Assembly (NCBI GenBank): GCA_022428005.1
Contig: JAKMDI010000013.1
Coordinates: 547-64,546, forward strand
Direction: 5' to 3'
DNA: 64,000 nucleotides
DNA from: Flavobacteriaceae bacterium
Lineage (GTDB): Bacteria; Bacteroidota; Bacteroidia; Flavobacteriales; Flavobacteriaceae
The notes below the pieces were generated by a model. It ran no database searches and had not been told where the DNA came from. It worked only from the letters and a program-made list of their open reading frames with translations. The translations under genes were made by a program, and so were the position numbers. Every line of letters starts with the position of its first letter. Positions within the stretch are counted from its first letter, which is position 1. Shown here piece by piece: positions 61,684 to 64,000 of the stretch.

Positions 61684-61691
61684 CAAATTTA
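61684..61691 (-). promoter_or_regulatory. candidate -7 promoter box (TAAATTTG) for tuf
   Basis: Exact TAnnTTTG on the minus strand, 33 nt upstream of the tuf ATG. Confidence 0.45.
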
Positions 61692-61950
61692 AAAATTTTT
61701 TGTAACAATAAGTTTATTTGTATATATTTTTTGAAATTTTTAAGCTTTTTATTTGCATTCTATTTTAAGTGATCTTTTGTGACAAAAAATAAGCCGTAAT
61801 CTAAAGGAAAATCTTTACATTTTAAAGTTTGTTTGATTCGCTACTCTCTGATCCTGTGATCCGTAAAGGCGTTCTTACTTTTATTTGTTGGTTACAAAAT
61901 AATCCCGTTAAAAAGCAGAGGGTGATGATTTCGGATTCACTCTTATTTCT

Positions 61951-61958
61951 TATTTTTG
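61951..61958 (+). promoter_or_regulatory. candidate -7 promoter box (TATTTTTG) for aconitase
   Basis: TAnnTTTG, 16 nt upstream of the ATG at 61975. The implied leader would be very short, so this is weak. Confidence 0.25.
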
Positions 61959-61974
61959 TTTCGATTTAAACTAA

Positions 61975-64000
61975 ATGGATATGGTTTTCGACCTCGAAAT
62001 GATTAAGGGCAACTATGCGGCATTAGAAGCACGCATTCTTCAAGCCAAAAAAATAATTAACAGACCCCTCACTTCCAGTGAAAAAATTCTGTACGCCCAC
62101 CTTTGGGACGAAAACCCAAAAGACGCGTACGTCCGTGGATCTGATTACGTAAATTTTGCTCCAGATCGGATAGCCTGTCAAGATGCAACTGCCCAGATGG
62201 CTTTATTACAGTTCATGCAAGCGGGGAAATCCAAGGTTGCCGTGCCCACAACGGTTCATTGTGATCACCTTATTCAAGCAAAGGAAGGTGCTGCGATGGA
62301 TTTAAAATCGGCCAACAGCAGCAGTGCAGAAGTATTTAATTTTTTAGAATCTGTATCCAATAAATACGGCATAGGATTTTGGAAACCCGGAGCTGGAATC
62401 ATACACCAGGTGGTGTTGGAAAATTATGCTTTTCCTGGAGGTATGATGATCGGAACAGATTCCCATACTGTTAATGCCGGTGGATTGGGAATGATTGCCA
62501 TAGGTGTAGGGGGTGCCGATGCGGTGGATGTTATGGCTGGAATGCCCTGGGAATTGAAGTTCCCTAAAATGATTGGGGTAAAGCTTACCGGAAAACTCAA
62601 CGGCTGGACAGCTCCCAAGGATGTTATTTTAAAGGTAGCAGGTATCCTCACCGTTAAAGGAGGTACGGGTGCTATCATCGAATATTTTGGACCTGGAGCG
62701 GAATCCATGTCGTGTACAGGAAAAGGAACCATCTGTAATATGGGTGCTGAAGTAGGAGCAACTACTTCAACCTTTGGGTACGACGAGTCCATGGAACGGT
62801 ATTTGAGGGCCACAGGAAGAAATGAAGTTGCCGACGCTGCCAATGCTGTTAAAGAACACTTGACCGCCGACCCTGAAGTTTATGCAGCGCCTGAAAAATA
62901 TTTCGATCAAGTCATCGAGATCAATTTAGATGAACTCATGCCACACATCAACGGACCTTTTACTCCGGACTTGGCAACACCCATCGATCAAATGAGTGAA
63001 AAAGCCAAAGCCGGTGAATGGCCCTTAAAAGTAGAATGGGGACTGATTGGCTCCTGTACCAATTCCTCCTACGAAGATTTATCACGTGCGGCGAGTATCG
63101 CCCAACAGGCTGTAGACAAAAAATTAGTGACCAAAGCGGACTTTGGGATCAACCCGGGTTCCGAGCAGGTACGCTACACCGCTGAAAGAGACGGCTTGCT
63201 GGATATATTTGAAAATTTAGACGCCAAAATATTTACCAACGCCTGCGGACCTTGTATTGGTCAATGGGACCGAGCGGGTGCAGACAAAGCAGAAAAAAAT
63301 ACCATCATTCATTCTTTTAATCGGAATTTTTCCAAACGTGCGGATGGAAACCCCAATACCCATGCATTTGTTGCTTCTCCGGAAATGGTGGCTGCCGTTG
63401 CCATCTCTGGTCGGCTGGATTTTAACCCCATGACCGATACCCTTCTCAATGAAGAAGGTGAAGCAGTAAAATTAGACCCCCCTCACGGAGTAGAGCTCCC
63501 ACCCAAAGGATTCGATGTAGAAGACAATGGTTACCTGGCTCCCGAAAAGGACGGATCTGGTGTAGACGTAGTGGTAAATGAAAGTTCCGAGAGACTGCAA
63601 CTCCTCACCCCATTTGCTCCCTGGGACGGCAACAACCTCAGTGACTTAAAATTACTTTTAAAAGCCCAGGGCAAATGCACCACCGATCACATTTCTATGG
63701 CCGGACCCTGGCTGCGATACCGTGGTCATTTGGACAACATTTCCAACAACTGCTTTATTGGAGCAGTCAATGCTTTTAATGAAAAAACAAACTTTGTGAA
63801 AAACCAATTGACCGTTGAGTATGGTGGGGTGCCCAATGTTCAAAGGGCATACAAAGCTGCTGGTATTTCCACCATTGTTGTAGGAGATCATAACTATGGT
63901 GAAGGGTCTTCCAGAGAACATGCTGCAATGGAACCCAGACATTTGGGCGTAAAGGTAGTGTTGGTGAAATCCTTCGCGAGGATTCACGAAACCAATCTAA
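61975..64000 (+). CDS. acnA: aconitate hydratase (mitochondrial-type), 3' end outside the window
   Basis: Not in the ORF track because there is no stop in the window. Hand translation gives [21 protein letters not shown]...[17 protein letters not shown]...[11 protein letters not shown]...[11 protein letters not shown]...GSCTNSS...[34 protein letters not shown]. Confidence 0.93.
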   Translation, partial: MDMVFDLEMIKGNYAALEARILQAKKIINRPLTSSEKILYAHLWDENPKDAYVRGSDYVNFAPDRIACQDATAQMALLQFMQAGKSKVAVPTTVHCDHLIQAKEGAAMDLKSANSSSAEVFNFLESVSNKYGIGFWKPGAGIIHQVVLENYAFPGGMMIGTDSHTVNAGGLGMIAIGVGGADAVDVMAGMPWELKFPKMIGVKLTGKLNGWTAPKDVILKVAGILTVKGGTGAIIEYFGPGAESMSCTGKGTICNMGAEVGATTSTFGYDESMERYLRATGRNEVADAANAVKEHLTADPEVYAAPEKYFDQVIEINLDELMPHINGPFTPDLATPIDQMSEKAKAGEWPLKVEWGLIGSCTNSSYEDLSRAASIAQQAVDKKLVTKADFGINPGSEQVRYTAERDGLLDIFENLDAKIFTNACGPCIGQWDRAGADKAEKNTIIHSFNRNFSKRADGNPNTHAFVASPEMVAAVAISGRLDFNPMTDTLLNEEGEAVKLDPPHGVELPPKGFDVEDNGYLAPEKDGSGVDVVVNESSERLQLLTPFAPWDGNNLSDLKLLLKAQGKCTTDHISMAGPWLRYRGHLDNISNNCFIGAVNAFNEKTNFVKNQLTVEYGGVPNVQRAYKAAGISTIVVGDHNYGEGSSREHAAMEPRHLGVKVVLVKSFARIHETNL

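Overview
Dense Bacteroidota (Flavobacteriia-like) chromosomal segment with about 62 protein genes and 1 tRNA. There is no rRNA, no CRISPR array and no intact mobile element. The lineage call rests on BshC, a DUF4295 ORF after rpmB-rpmG, DUF3467 after rpoC, TAnnTTTG-type promoter boxes, and the canonical tuf / tRNA-Trp / secE / nusG / rplK-A-J-L / rpoB / rpoC order at 49-61.6 kb. Almost everything else is housekeeping: mazG, def, ruvX, dapD, tsaC, a CCA-type nucleotidyltransferase, ctaA, uvrB, hsp20, sucC, lysA, mnmA, yidC, pyrG, guaA, bshC, rimO, ftsY, cinA, recR, fabH, htpG, alkB, queD, idi, prfC, and the 5' part of a mitochondrial-type aconitase that runs off the right edge. I did not find a convincing new multi-gene system such as a defence, toxin or secretion module, and I do not want to oversell one. 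The deviations from plain core genome are these. (1) An AT-rich islet at 46.3-48.8 kb between prfC and the rpoBC operon holds a decayed tyrosine-recombinase remnant and an orphan TPR/HisKA_2 sensor kinase that appears split by a frameshift. (2) A DinB/DUF1572-family gene carries an in-frame TAG where the family normally has Trp. (3) A 369-aa uncharacterised protein next to uvrB has motif content and spacing that fit a divergent protein-kinase-like fold. (4) Several RNA-structure and regulatory candidates stand out: a nested hairpin between rplL and rpoB, mirrored palindromes upstream of hsp20, and a recurrent identical TAAATTTG box. (5) A G8 tract lies inside the LysM protein gene. Family assignments come from reading the translated ORFs against remembered family signatures; no database search was run.
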